Source: Auanema rhodensis (taxonomy: Eukaryota; Animalia; Nematoda). From it: a DNA stretch of 64,000 nt. Numbering within the stretch: the first letter of the stretch is position 1; every line of letters starts with the position of its first letter. Of this stretch, positions 36,359 to 49,700 are shown in pieces. Under the pieces are notes generated by a model. That model ran no database searches. It was not told the origin of the DNA and saw nothing but the letters and a program-made list of their open reading frames with translations. A program made the translations under genes and the position numbers. The DNA is taken from positions 14,570,001-14,634,000 of the forward strand of contig OZ059896.1 in NCBI GenBank assembly GCA_964057225.1, written 5' to 3'.

Positions 36359-37182
36359 ATAGATATTAAAGTTGAAATTGAAAGCTGATGCTGAAATTCA
36401 AATCGGAATATTATGGAAATAATGGAAAATTTTTCAATATTCTGAGTTACTAGGTGATGATTTTTCAAAATACTTAATAATATTATTTGAAAATTGTTTT
36501 CTTTTATTCAAAAAATTAAATAGAAAAACAGCATATGATTTATAATGCAATAGAAAACAACTTTAGAAACTGAGATCATCGAGGAGGGAAAACCCATCGA
36601 GTTACTAGGTGATAGAACTTCTAAGCAGTAATTATCTAAGAATTGTTGGTTTCTGGTATGAATAATTTAAAATTCATATAATATAAATCTAATTCTTCAA
36701 CCCTAACTGACATTTTCTTTTTTTTTTCAAGTTTTGAAAAGCAATGGTACTCATGAAATGGAATTATTATTTGAATTATTGAAAACTTTTTGATTAATCA
36801 AAAATATATTATTATAGGCTGAAAGTCATTTTCATGATAAGATACTGATATATCAAGTAAGTTAATCTAAAGTTCATCTTGAATTCGTCATTTTGAATAT
36901 TTCGTTTCTTTTTTAAGAACTCACGAGATAAGAGCAGAAAATGTATGATATGAATCATGAAAATCAAATAGATTTCATCTTATCACTGCTCAATCGAATG
37001 GTTAAATCATGAAGTTTCCAAACGGAATCAGTCATTTTCATAGTCTCCACATTGAAGACACAACTACTATTTTATTTCTTCTCACTGACAACGTTTCTTT
37101 ACTTCAAAGACTTTTTTAATTTTCTTTGAATTTGAATTAAATATTAACATTTTATTCTTTGAATAAGTTAATAACGACAAAA

Positions 37183-37559
37183 ATGGAATCTGTAAGTTAT
37201 TCACAAACTTTTTAATTATTACATTATTTTATTTTTGTTGGTTTATGAATCATGGTAATTAGATTATTTATAGAAATACACCGAAAGAGCTGTTTATACT
37301 ACTTATACCCAACAACCTGTGGTTTACACAACTCAACAACCTACAATAGTTACTGCTCCTCAACCCGTTGTTTATACAACTCAACAACCAACTTATATGT
37401 ACGTTTACTGAATTATATTTCTATTCAGAAATAAATTCTATTTATTATTTTAGTGTCGATGATTGCCATCATCACCACCATCACCGAGAAGACGATGCTA
37501 CTCAATGTTGTCTTGTTGCTATGCTTGCATGCTTCTGTGGGTTCCTCCTGTGTCGCTAA
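37183..37559 (+). CDS. CYSTM-module (cysteine-rich tail-anchored) protein with Thr/Gln repeats and a His6 tract (3 exons)
   Basis: MES|KYTERAVYTTYTQQPVVYTTQQPTIVTAPQPVVYTTQQPTY|IVDDCHHHHHHREDDATQCCLVAMLACFCGFLLCR*. Confidence 0.8.
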
Positions 37560-38677
37560 TACCTAACTTTGAAAATAGTACTTCTTACCCGAATCAAAAT
37601 ACATCGGTCTCACTTATTAGTCATTTAAACCAGACTAAGTTGAAAAGTATTAAACAATTTAATTGTGGCATTCATCAACTTATCTCTTTTATTCTAACAA
37701 CTTCTCTTCTACACATACACACATACACCCTTCCTCCTTCGTTGTTCAAGAGCTGTTAATACTCTCAATTTTTTCCTTTATTCTTTATCTCTCTATGATA
37801 TTCTCTCCACACATAAATACATATTTCTGTATGCCTCGTTTTGTCAATAAACGAGCTGGCGGTTGAAAAAGAACGTGGCATGACTCATACTGTTATGCTT
37901 AGAGCATTTCCGAAATTCATCTCAATCACAACTTGCTATTACTTTTTTAAACCTTTTTTTATTTTGTAAATTGTTTTAAACAATCTATAATCTTTAAAAC
38001 AACGACATAGTTGGTAATGTATATTGAATGAAAGGATATATATGTAGGTGGACGAAAGTTTACATAGAATATCGATTTTATACCTATTTTCTCTTCTATT
38101 ATTTGCTATTCTAGTACTTCAGTCATCTCTCAAGCGAATATTCATTGTTGCCCTACTTGTTTATGTTAATTTTATTAATTTCATATATCATTTTTTATAT
38201 TAATTCCATTATTGTTTAAGCTTTTTTAAAAGTTTCTCTCTTTAAAATCAAATAAATTGTTTAATATGTGGTGCTTGTTTCGTGGTACACGCAGAGTTCG
38301 GCGGCAAAGAGTGCGTGATCATGTGTCCTACTTCCTTTTATTGTGGACATTGTTGCTTGGAGACAAGCTTCAACTTTTGCTTCGTTCAGATCGTATATAT
38401 CGTTGAAGTATAACACACTTGCTCATCTTCATCATCCTATCTTTGTTTTTCTTTCTCTTTTGTGCAAAGTTTGTTAAAGAAATTATCGAATTTCTCCCTT
38501 TAGCAACGATAAGACTTATCTACAACATTGATTTCAGTCTGTATTTCAACCAGTGTTTCAAACTTCATTGCTTATACAATTCAATTACATCATACAAAAA
38601 ACTTTTTTTAATTGTTTAATTATTTAAGGATTTGGAGTTTTTTCTTATTATATTTTATATTAACTTAGTAAGCGGAT

Positions 38678-39111
38678 ATGTCAGCTCCTTATCCAAATAA
38701 CGCACAATATGGGGTGAGATCATTTACTGTACTCCTTTTCTTAGTTATCCTCTTCCCTCTCTATTCCAGCAATATAATCCCAATGCGCCTCCGCCATACC
38801 CAGGTGCACACTACACACAACAACCGGGATATCAGCCATATCAACCTGGTTATCCTCAACAACCTTATCCACAATATCCACAAAATCCGCAACATCAATA
38901 TCCTCAACAGCAATATCAACCTTATCCCCAACAAAACCCACAAGTTGTGTAAGTTTTGTGAAGCAAAAGTGTAATTTTCATCGATTTTGACTTACATTTT
39001 AGTGTCGTACCACGCGAACAACGCGATAATGGTGGTGGAAGTGGCCAGTGTTGTCTTGTAGCAATGTTAGCTTGTTGTGCTGGATGTTGTTTAGCGGATT
39101 GTTGTGATTGA
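38678..39111 (+). CDS. CYSTM1-like protein with a P/Q/Y-rich head and cysteine-rich tail (3 exons)
   Basis: MSAPYPNNAQYG|QYNPNAPPPYPGAHYTQQPGYQPYQPGYPQQPYPQYP...QNPQV|...VPREQRDNGGGSGQCCLVAMLACCAGCCLADCCD*. Confidence 0.88.
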
Positions 39112-39850
39112 TCTCTTTTCTCACTTAAGATTAAATTCAAAAAGTTACTGTTTGTAAGTATTACGATATCACAAAAAGCTTTCTTTGAATCACTTTGAAA
39201 AAATCACACACTAAGCACTCCATATTCTGAAATATACGATTTAATTGCTGTATTAATTGTCTTTGTTTTTAAAATCACATTGTAATAGACGGACTTTATG
39301 AAATAAACTTTTGAAATTGAGATCGTAGAACTGTTCTTTTTTATCTTTTTATATATTCTTTAGTCACATGCATGTCTTTTCCCTATCTCAAACTTTTTCT
39401 ACATTAGTTTTTTTTTGAAAATTAAATATCGTTCGCTACTGCTATTTTTATTTTCCACGTAAAATCACGTGATTAAATATTTAGGATTATTTTTATTTTC
39501 GGTATTGCATACAAGATGATCGGTTGCTGTTAAACTCCTTATTTTTAGTAATTTAATTAACTTTTTAAAGTTTTATATTCCATTGGTTTCAATGTATTCT
39601 CATTATGAAGGTATAATGTCTCCGGTTACATTATCTAGCTTCTTGAGTAAAGGTTTTAATAGAAATGGTCTTACCGCGATAAATAATTTATGTACGGTGA
39701 AATGATCAATGTCTTCCCGGTCTAATCAAAGTTCGAGCTGTTATACTGAGTTTGAAATAATTAATTTGAAGTTTTATGTTTATTAAGCAGTAAATAACGT
39801 TTTCATTCCCATGCTAATTTAAATATTGAAATTTTTTTATAGATCAAACT

Positions 39851-40819
<969 letters not shown>

Positions 40820-41048
40820 ACGAGTTCAGCAAAGGCTAACGCACAAGTTCCCTACTTCAATGTTTGATTTCCAGCCCAGTTGGCAAACTGATAACAATGT
40901 ACAAGCGTTGTTTATTGTTGTTATTCTAATTGTTGGCCATCTAAAATAAATTATTTTTATATTTCATTCTTAATTTATTATTATGTCAGGAATAACCTCT
41001 CGTACTAAAAATTTATGAAATGCAACGATTGATAATTTCATTGAAGGT

Positions 41049-43262
41049 ATGTCCGATGCGATCGCAAGGCTTATAGCCTCATTTGCAATCGTATTTTTAT
41101 CATGTATCGTCCTATATCATGCCTGCTTAAGAGCCTCTACAATTTACTTATTTGAGGTAAAATATTCATAGTTTTAGAGTTAATCAATACTTGGTAATGC
41201 TTGCAGCTTGATACGAAAACTGTTATTTTTGTTAATTCCCAATATGCTATTTTCTTTCCATTGGTTTTGTCTGGATTTCTTTTCTTGGTTTATATTGGTA
41301 CGAAGCGTGATGTTAACAGACGCCGAGAACTTCAGAAGATGGTTGATGATATGAAGATTCGATCAAGGGTATTGATTAACTAATTATTCTGTATAATTGA
41401 ATAATCTTCGATAGGCTGGTTCTACTGTTCCTTCACGTAAAGTTTCTCGTACAGGCGACACAACACGTCGAACTTCATTCTCATATAATGATGAAATGCA
41501 AGCCGACCAGGCTAGTCGGTTATACAGTAATTACTTTGTAGAAAATAATTTATATGTACTGAATTTACCTCAGAATTATTATCAAACATCGAGGAACAAG
41601 ATACAGTTCAGGGAAATAAGGACGAGGAAGAAGATACTATTGATGAAAATTCCTCTACGTATGTTGTAATACAGAAATATTCTATTTTTCAAATTTATTT
41701 TCAGACCCCAAGCTCCAATTCCTGCACGATTTACTGTGGAGAAGGTGGAAGAAGCCATTAACAAGCTTATCCCTTCATCCGAAGGTATACTTCACGTGTA
41801 CTGTTAATTATTTAATCTTGAGCTATTCCAGATATAGCTTTGAGATCTAGAAGTTTCAGTAATGTAAGTAGATTACATCGAAGACTTATTGAAGATAGTA
41901 GGAAATCATCTTTCTCTGAAAGTGATATTGTACAAGATGATATACCAGACATATATCGTGATCTTTCCGAAGTTTTTTCAATATGTTGATGTTTTTAACA
42001 TCTGAAAATTCGTTTCAGACAAGTTTAATGAACTTGTTGCTAAGTGCCTTTAATATAACAGCTCATATAAACAGTGATAGCTACATCGAAGTTCAACGAA
42101 GGTATTTCAAACCCTTTGTTATTACATCAGGAACATTTCCAGCGCTGTTGATATTCTTTCGGATATTTGTGCTATTCACGTGCCTGTGTGGCTCTGTGCA
42201 GCATGTGTATATGTTGTTGTGTTGGATATATTCACAATGAAGTTGTGTATGTTGAAACAACTTCAATGATTCAGTTAAATCACCTCAATTTCAGCTGATA
42301 TATTCTACCACCATGAAGCAGCGATGACTTATGTGAGCATTGGAATTTCCGTTGGATTTGGTTTGGTACATGAATTTTGGGGAAATTGGCTCACAAATAA
42401 TGTTCTTGCCTTCTCTTCTATTTTCGTCATTGTGTCGCGTTGTCAAGTAATCTTTTTTACATAGAAGTTACAAGTCTCTTATTTTTAAGGCTATAAGCTA
42501 TCAAGTTGGGGTAATGTTTCTTTTGGGAATGCTTATGTTCGATCTATTCTGGATGTATGTCATCGATTTACTCAGTATGTTACTTAATTTCTTAATTTTA
42601 CTTATATTTTTGTCTTTTTCTTTCAAACGCTTTCCGTTCTAACCTGTTGGTACAATCGGTCGTCATCAGCATTTTCTAAAAAATAATGAAATTTGATCGA
42701 TCACCTAATTTTCTGCAGAAAATTAAACAGTTAAACTCTTAACGGTTTTGATCAAAATATTATGTATATTCTTTATTCTTAATCAATTTTATTATTTATT
42801 TTTCAATAAAATATTTCAGGTACCGTAGCAAGAGAAAGTCGAGCACCTTGTATGATTATTATACCAAGAAATAAGAATGGAGAAAAGCAAACACTAGCAA
42901 CTTTGGATATTATTGTACCAGGTAAGCTTCTTATTTGTGAATTTGCTTCTATAGTTCCAAGGGCAATACAATACGTACATGTTTTAGGCGTCTTTTTAAA
43001 CCTGGTGCTGAAATATAGTTCAATGTACGACCCTGGTCTTTTTGATTTAGCTTTTTACGCGGTTTTTGGCGGTCTTTTAACGACTATCGTGATTTCCATT
43101 TGGAGGTTAGTCTGAAAACGTTGTGTTAAAGAAAGATAAATTGTGTAAATTAGGAGGAAAATCACTCCAGCCATGGTATTGCCAGCAGTTGCTGCTGTTG
43201 TAGTTTCTCTGAGTTGTACAGCCAACACGAAAGTGTTGTGGAAGTTCATGATCAAGCATTGA
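41049..43262 (+). CDS. imp-3: Signal-peptide-peptidase/presenilin-like intramembrane aspartyl protease homologue (IMPAS)
   Basis: GNWLTNNVLA, LLGMLMFDLFWMY (YD-equivalent), TLATLDIIVPGVFL (GxGD-equivalent), KITPAMVLP (PAL-equivalent), ending VLWKFMIKH*. A long acidic/Ser-rich loop follows TM2. Some middle splice sites are approximate. Confidence 0.85.
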
Positions 43263-43754
43263 TTAAGCGTTTTTTTAAAAATATGAAGCATTATAGTCAT
43301 TTTATTCTGTATATAATTAGAAACAAATGCCTTATATGATGTAAATTGTGTGAATTTTCTGATGTATATATGACAACGTCTACCTCATGTTTCAGTTTGG
43401 TCACGGTTAGGATTTTATTTTCCATAATATTGTATAATAAATTGATTTTTTTTCTTATTTTTTTGGTATTTAAATAATTTGAATAAATTTATGTTTTATA
43501 TTCTTCAATTAACAATAAAATGGATTATATCACATAAAATAACTAGACGAAACTGTATTATTAGTAAAAGTGAAAAACGTTTGACAAGACTGTAAACTCG
43601 CATTTGGATGAATTTCAAAAAAAAACAAATTATATAATAAAGAAAAAAACCTAAAATGACATAGATTAGCAAAATATCACATGTAAGATCATGAGAAACA
43701 CCGTCCTATGATATGATAGACGAAAACTAAAGTTAAGCAAATCAATTAATGAAA

Positions 43755-46700
43755 CTAATTGGCTCTTGATGATAAAATCTGAAAATAGATAATAGTAAGA
43801 GGTTTCTTTTGGAATTCATTTAAAAACCTGTCGAATCTCTTCCAGTTGACTATAAACATCGTGTAAATTGTTGGTTGTAAGTTTAAGCTGTTCCCTAAGA
43901 GCAAGAACTTCAGATTGGTCTGATTCTCCTTCCTCGTCTTGAAGTGAGATGGCTTGCATTCTTGGGAACCAATCAAGGTTTCTCTCCTGAAATTTTAATT
44001 TTCGCAGTACATCATCAGAATTGATGGTGAGTACCTGAATACATTGATCTACATAACTTTCTGGACCAGTAAACTCTGTTTCATCTTTGATTTGAAGCCA
44101 AACAATGAAATATAGATAGTGCCATAAGTTGTGCTCAGTAACTTGATGCTCTTCAAAGCTGACTGTTCGATTATCGAATCTAATAAAAGAAGAGAATGGT
44201 TGCTAAGATAGGTAAAATGCTTACCGTCCACGTTCTAAACCACACACAAAACAAGTATTCTTAAGGGTATCCTCCTTTTCATTTTTTTCTGTTCTGAGAT
44301 CACCAAAAGTATCAATAATCACACCAAAAATTAGATTTAAAACGATAACAATTAATACAACGAAGAATGATAAATCATAGAAGATTCGGTAAAAGAAGAG
44401 ATCCTCCTAAATTATAAGTTTGAAGTTGTTGAAAATGCTGAGTTAAGCTTACATGTGGACCAACGTTGCGCATAACATCTCCAATACCTCCACCATTTCT
44501 TAGACCCCAGTTTAGAGTAGTCACAATGCACATTCTTAATGTATCACAAGCAGCTATCTTTTTCTCTGAAAGTAAAATATGAATTTTGAATTTCTGATCA
44601 AATGAGAAACCTTCATCATCGCCGCCTACAGGAGCAGGAGGAGCCATTGAATTAGCTGCAGAATTACATTCTTCGTTCTTTGAACAAGTTTGTTGATTTG
44701 GATTAGATGTCATTAAGGTTACAGGTTTCTCCTCTTCTAGACTATCAATCTCTAGAGCAAAATCTACAAAGAGACTGTTGTTAGAGAGCATAAGCATGAA
44801 TCGTTTTAACCTTTTTGGAAGAATGTATAACCAATGATGGAGAATATATAGACTAAAATCAGAGCTAATAAACCGGTAAGTATGATTGATTGCCAATTCC
44901 TTGTCACAGAACTTATAACGTTACGTAATGTTTCCTCAGAAGCAACGATATCAAATAGCTATAATTCAGTAGTATTATTTCATTTTTATCATATAAATTA
45001 CCAGAATTGAATAAAGCATAGGATGAATAAATAGGCCTGCTGCACACAAAGCCAAGTATCCAATATGGTAATACATTTCCTTATCTGATATACGCTCTTT
45101 CCAACTTCGATCTTCGAGACCTTTGTTACTAACATAAGCTACCACATGAATGGCTTTGTTAACAAGCTGAAACATTTAATAGCAATTAGTAGACAGCTAG
45201 AAGCATCTTCTCCAACTTGACCAAAACCCAGAAAAGATAACGTTGGTATAACTCCAACGAGAGAGATGAGCAGAATTGAAAAACTGGCCAATACAGTACC
45301 TATCGCAGTTATAATTTTTGATTTTTTCGCTAATGTTGATCTACAATATAATTATAATTATTATTATTATATATGTATATTTCTTATTTTTTCAAAATAA
45401 ATGTTTTTATGATACAAAAAAGTAAAATAAACTTACTCAGCATCCCATTGAGTATATAGTAGAATTAATGATAATAAACAGGAAATAATAACAAATGGAT
45501 TGCTCACGGATAAATAGGCTGAATGAATAGCTACAGCTTAAACTTTGAAATTGTTCTATAACTTACAATGACTTGATTCAAATGGATAATATAGAGCAAT
45601 AATTAAATTAATTATAACAGCATATAGGAAGGATAGTTTAGCCCAAAGACGTAATCGACGAGTACAAGCAGATAAATAGTAACGATCTAAATATGTTATA
45701 TAATAATAATCAGTAATATATGGAATAAATAATAATAAAGTTTCTGAATATACAAAACTTAAAAGTTTGAATTTGTACCTTGTAATTTTCTCTGCCACTT
45801 CATTTCTTCGTACAGGTCAGGCCATTGATCAAAGAATTCTGTGACTTTAGATCCTTGGTTATCCCTTTCGGTATTATTATAAACATTCAACTTGGTTTCT
45901 TTGGTTAAATAAGAGCAAATTTCATGAATAGGGAACACAACACGTTCTAGAGTACGATCACGACGAACAATCTTAAAAATTAAAATTATAATAATTAAAT
46001 TAGAAGAGATACAACCGGTAAGTGGGATGCATCAAATGAAAATTAAAAAAAGCGGCTCACGCGATGGCATTTCACGTGAACTGAATTCGCTTACTCACTT
46101 CAATCTGCGCTGTATGTTTCTTGTAGAATGATAAAGCACTTCGTGTATTTTCATCTTTTTTCTCATCGTCCGGATTCATCCAAGCAGCTAATTCATCACT
46201 ATGGCGAGCCAGTTGATGAGCCAAAATGTAGATGTTGTGTCCGACTTCCTTAGGATCAACTGTATGAGGCTCTTCTTCTGGTGTAGCATGGTATTGGTCA
46301 TCATGTTTATGAGATTCATCATGTATTGATACCGTACCCGAAGCATCAATTGAAATTTCGGGTAAGTTTACTGTAAGTAAAATATAACAAAGTCGTAATT
46401 AAAACTATTATTACCATCGGATGTCTTAATTTGAGGACTGACTATGCTCATCGGACGATTTTGAATAGCCGCTGAATGCAGAAGCTGTTTTCTCATCAAG
46501 TTGATCTCATACTGCTTAGAACTGGCCATGATATATGCTTGAGTGATAGCATGAATCTTAAAATTGTAATTGAAACGGAAATTCTATGGTTAAACTTACT
46601 AATTGTCTTGGACCACCAGACATGTTTTTCATGTTTTGTAGTACTCTTTCTGCATTTTCTGAGTCATGACGTGATTCCATAATAGCTAGTAAGAGTTTAG

Positions 46701-49700
46701 AAGCTTGACTCTATAATAATTAATATATTTTAAAATATTTAAAATAATTATTTTAAATACCTTGATCTCAAGAGCAAGTTCCATATGATCATCTGCCAAA
46801 GGTTTTATATCATTCAAAACTAATGAAATAATGATATTAAGACCATTTTCTTGCATTGCCATTGTATTCTTGAAGAAGAATTCTAGATGAAACTTAAAAA
46901 AATTCAACTCATACTTGATTCTCATGACAGGGTCCTTGGCAGAATTCAGTTAGTGTTGCCAGAGTTTGAGTAATCAAACTGAAGTTGTGTTCACCAATTT
47001 CACCGAAAACTCCTAGACTTCCTTTAGTTGAACCACAAACCTGAAAAACGGTCAAATTTCAGAATGAATGATAATGTTAGTAAGATCATACTGTATCTAA
47101 GAAACTTAAAGTTTCAGCAACCAAATTATGATTGGTACGATCTGATTGTTTTCGAACAAAGCTTTGCAGTAAGCTGTTGTGATTCTCACAGAGCAGTTGT
47201 AGGACTCGGAAGATGGGCTCAATGAGGGCGACTTCAGATGGCAATGCGTCACTTGGCCTGAATCTAATAATAAACCAAAAATGGTTCAAAGAGGTAGAAT
47301 ATTGAAGAGTTAGTGGTTAATATGAATATGAAGTAAACAATACCTATCATCTTCTTGATATGGTGTCAAATCTGGTACACTTATTGTAGCTTCTCCAGAA
47401 GCATTTGATATTTCAGATAAGGATGGTTGACGTACAGACGCTTCTTCGAAAAGTGGTCCCAACTGACAATCAATTCCCTGATCCAAATTTACTGGTGTTA
47501 ACACGGTTGAAGCTAAATGGTTGATTTGAGAAAAAACATCTAAACACAAAATATGCTGAAAATTCTTCAGAGGGGGGAAAGGTAGAAAGAGAATCTACTG
47601 GCAGAAAGACATATTTGACTACTTCATGCTTAACGAAGGGAAATACAAGAGAGAATTGCATAATGGTAAGAATTTCGGCATAATTTTTGAATTTTTTGAA
47701 CTTTTATTTATTTTTTGGTAATAAAGCAGATGAGAAATTACTTTGTTATGTGTATATAGAGTGGTTGCAGAGCATTTCTATACTATTGGATAAAAAGTAT
47801 GAAAGAGCATTGACAGAAGGAGGTCAGAATTGAGTTTAACCAGGAGGAAACAAACTTTGAAACACAGAATGATGACGTGGACCCCGCGGGGGCGGTTGCT
47901 GAGGCGCTGCCGGAACACAAACTGAACGACGAGACGACAAGTCCATGATACTTCCTCTTGGTGAACCTGGACATGAGACGAGGGTCAAGAAGCATATTGT
48001 TTTGAAAAAAAAATTAGAAAAGCTTCGATGTTTAAGAAAACTAAAATTTCTGATAATGATCAACCTATCGAACATATACTAAAGGATAGAAAGATATTTA
48101 AACATAGAATCATAACAACCGAATCTCTTAAGGATGATCGGTGATTAGGATAACATAGAACTATGACTAGACAGATAAGCAGGCTTCAAGCTGTAATTAT
48201 TGCAAACTTACATCTTCTACTGACGTTGACAGAAGTGCCACCTAAATAGCGAATTCATTTTATGCGAAAAACATAAAGATGGAGGTTATTATTAATTTAA
48301 AACGTTCACTAGATTATTATAACCATACGTTGTCTTCAGAACCGAGCAAACACACCCACACATATGTAGTATATAGTATAGGAAAAAAGATTTTTGTATT
48401 CTCTTAACACATAATTAGTAAAAAAATTAGTAATTACTATAAGAATAAGCGTGCTTCAAAAATAAAAAATAGAAAAGCATTATGTGTGTTATAAAAGCAG
48501 AAGTATTATTAATATAGTTAGTGATGTAACTCAATAGTTGTTAGTTGAAAGTTAAAAGTATTAAGCTTTGTAACTTATATACTTACCTCCTTTAGGCTTA
48601 TTATCAACACAAGACATCATATCACTTTTTAAACGATTTTGAGCTGTTTGAATTCGAAGTGATATAGCTTTGAAAAATGGCTCATGGATGTCTTTTGATC
48701 GTAGTCGACGATAAAAGGATTGTTGAACCTTAACGAATAATAATATGTTATAAATCATATGTATATGAAGCATATCTAACCTTATCGTTACCACCATGAA
48801 GTAATGCTTTAGCTAAATGCATAGCTTTTAAGAATATTTCTCTTGATGGATCACTGATTACAATATCAATCACCAGATCTGAAGCTCCAGCATCATTAAG
48901 CTTACATTGAATATCATAGAGAGTTTGTTCAGCCAAATGATTAATATCAGCTACTTCTGATATATCTGAAATTTAAAATAAAATATGAAATTTAAAAAGA
49001 AATTCATACTTAATCCTTGCTTTTTAACAACTCCAGCTTCATCAACTTTGCCATTACCGTATATACCAAAATATCGATTAAGTAGTTTTGATCGTAACTG
49101 ATGTCCCTTAAATATAAAATTACTAAGAAATAGCTTTAAAAGTATTTAGAATAGGATAGAAAAGAATTTTTTCATTCACTGACTAATGAAATATGTCACA
49201 TATTCTATTCAATATAACTATTATATGAAATAGTTAAAGATGTTTTTGATTTTAACAACTTTTTTATAAAATATTGTCAAATTTCATTTGTCTGTGAATG
49301 TATGTGTATAGAGCGTGTAGCTTGTGTACGTGTATATGCTTAAGTTCATAGTATAGTGAACTTATTATAAACTTATAAAGTTTGGGAATATAAAGAAAGT
49401 AAAGCAAGCAGTTGAAAGAAGAAAGATAGAAAACGAAAAAAAAAATGAAAGTGATAAACGCTTGAAACGGACCATCTTCTCAGGTTGTTTCAAATGTTTT
49501 TTACTCTGAAATAATTAGCTTGTGAAGCATATTCAATGTGAATCATTCTATATCTTATGTATTATCTAGTATGTATTTGAATCAGTGTTTGTGATGATGT
49601 TTTTCACAAAAAAAAAATAAAAAAGAAGAACTAAAAAAAAAGTTCAAACCTGCTCCGTGAAGTTATTCTTGGTGCTGTTACACATTTTGCATAATGTTTG

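Noticed and set aside
38741-38943. Antisense V/D- and I/L-rich ORFs
   Set aside because: Shadows of the PQY repeat exon of the CYSTM gene.
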